A stretch of DNA of 64,000 bases, from assembly GCA_020059605.1 (NCBI GenBank), contig JAGVBT010000069.1, forward strand, positions 11,715 to 75,714, read 5' to 3'. Below are positions 62,918-64,000 of this stretch, in pieces. Within the stretch, counting starts at the first letter, position 1, and each line of letters starts with the position of its first letter. Made by a program: the position numbers and the translations under genes. The DNA is from Deltaproteobacteria bacterium (GTDB taxonomy: Bacteria > Desulfobacterota > BSN033 > UBA1163). The notes beneath the pieces were generated by a model that was not told the DNA's origin, ran no database searches, and saw only the letters and a list, made by a program, of their open reading frames with translations.

Positions 62918-64000
62918 AAAACAGGGAAACATCATCGACTTCACTCTCTCTTCCCTCTTAAGGAGAAAGCGGAAGAACCTCGCCTTAATCTCCGTTTACA
63001 TGCTGGTCATCTTTTTTTTCGCCTCCGTCATGTTTTTCACCCATGCCATCAAGAAAGAAGCCTCCATCATTTTAAAGGAGGCCCCTGAAATGGTCGTCCA
63101 GAAAATGGCGGGAGGAAGACATGAACTCATTCCCCTTGGCTACATCGAACAGATCAAAGAGATCCGGGGGGCTCATTCGGTGAAAGGAAGGCTGTGGGGC
63201 TACTATTACGATCCCGTGGCGGGGGCAAATTTCACGCTGATGGTTCCCGGAGAGGGAGAAGTCGAACAAGGAGGCATTGCTGTCGGAAAAGGCGTTTCAA
63301 GGGTACGGTTTCTGGACGAAGAGGATGAGATGGAATTCATGGCCAGCGACGGGGAGGTCTTCGGCTTGAAAGTCAAGCAAATTTTCTCCCCGGAGTCGGA
63401 ACTGGTTTCTTCAGATCTGATCCTGATTTCCGAAGAGGATTTCAGAAAACTTTTCGGAATGGTGAAGGGGGTTGCCACAGACATTGTCCTGAGCGTCAGG
63501 AATCCGAAGGAACTCTCCACCATCGCCTTAAAAATCGCCGAGCGGTTGCCCGATACTCGAATCATCCTGAGAGAGGAGATGTTGAGGACTTACGAGATGG
63601 TTTTCAACTGGCGGGGAGGAATGATGCTGGTCGTCCTATCCGGGACCCTGCTGGCCTTCATCATCTTTTCATGGGACAGGGCCTCCGGTTTGAGCGCCGA
63701 GGAGAGGAGGGAAATCGGGATTCTCAAGGCGATCGGATGGGAAACCTCCGATGTCATTCTCATGAAGTTTTGGGAGGGAACGGTGATCTCCGTTTCATCC
63801 TTTTTCGTTGGTGTCTTTTTAGCCTATCTCCATGTATTCTTTTTGTCTTCCCCTTTATTCGAGCCGGCCCTCAAGGGGTGGGCGATCCTCTACCCGAAAT
63901 TTAAATTGATCCCGTTCATCGACTTCTATCAGATTGCGACGCTTTTCTTTTTTACCGTTGTTCCGTACACGGGAGCGACAATCATCCCGTCCTGGAGAGC
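62907..64000 (+). CDS. FtsX/MacB-like ABC transporter permease, N-terminal about 364 aa (continues past the window end)
   Basis: Not in the supplied ORF track because it has no stop in the window. I translated ATG 62907 onward without meeting a stop: MWIEKQGNIIDFTLSSLLRRKRKNLALISVYMLVIFFF... (TM1), an extracytoplasmic domain of about 200 aa, then ...EERREIGILKAIGWETSDVILMKFWEGTVIS... (the FtsX signature). Confidence 0.75.
   Translation, partial: MWIEKQGNIIDFTLSSLLRRKRKNLALISVYMLVIFFFASVMFFTHAIKKEASIILKEAPEMVVQKMAGGRHELIPLGYIEQIKEIRGAHSVKGRLWGYYYDPVAGANFTLMVPGEGEVEQGGIAVGKGVSRVRFLDEEDEMEFMASDGEVFGLKVKQIFSPESELVSSDLILISEEDFRKLFGMVKGVATDIVLSVRNPKELSTIALKIAERLPDTRIILREEMLRTYEMVFNWRGGMMLVVLSGTLLAFIIFSWDRASGLSAEERREIGILKAIGWETSDVILMKFWEGTVISVSSFFVGVFLAYLHVFFLSSPLFEPALKGWAILYPKFKLIPFIDFYQIATLFFFTVVPYTGATIIPSWR

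Overview
This 64-kb window looks like it comes from an uncultivated diderm bacterium. All calls are by-eye readings of the supplied translations and DNA; no searches or computations were run. From about nt 288 to 49,400 it is one very large cell-envelope glycan locus. That locus holds a WbaP-type initiating phosphoglycosyl transferase, a Wzx-type flippase and at least 12 cytoplasmic glycosyltransferases (GT2, GT4/GT-B, an Alg14/Alg13-like pair). It also holds three radical-SAM enzymes (one B12-binding, two SPASM-type), a PaaK/CapK-like adenylating enzyme, a pyruvyl transferase, a CE4 deacetylase and methyltransferases. Less usual are seven multi-pass GT-C/PMT_2-like membrane proteins, three polyprenyl-phosphate GT2 synthases, and DUF2304, UPF0104 and GtrA accessory proteins. 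No nucleotide-sugar synthesis genes are visible. A visibly A+T-rich block (about 25.1-43.3 kb, all minus strand) carries the most unusual genes. These are a 1062-aa methyltransferase/coiled-coil/GT-B/GT2 fusion and two tandem cytoplasmic alkaline-phosphatase-superfamily paralogs that lack the sulfatase formylglycine motif. One of those paralogs is fused to a CysD/PAPS-reductase-like domain with a degenerate PP-loop. The locus is interrupted by type II toxin-antitoxin cassettes (MNT/HepT, two DUF433/PIN-like pairs, BrnT/BrnA, an orphan HEPN-like gene). Both DUF433/PIN-like cassettes are bracketed by direct repeats from one short motif family, and one repeat carries a reused sigma70-like promoter. 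The right end encodes a secreted HExxHxxGxxD metalloprotease, a Wzm/Wzt ABC exporter, a CusBA-type RND pump, two NosL-family proteins and an FtsX-like permease. The permease runs off the window edge and is absent from the supplied ORF track. I recognised no rRNA, tRNA, CRISPR array, transposase or integrase.
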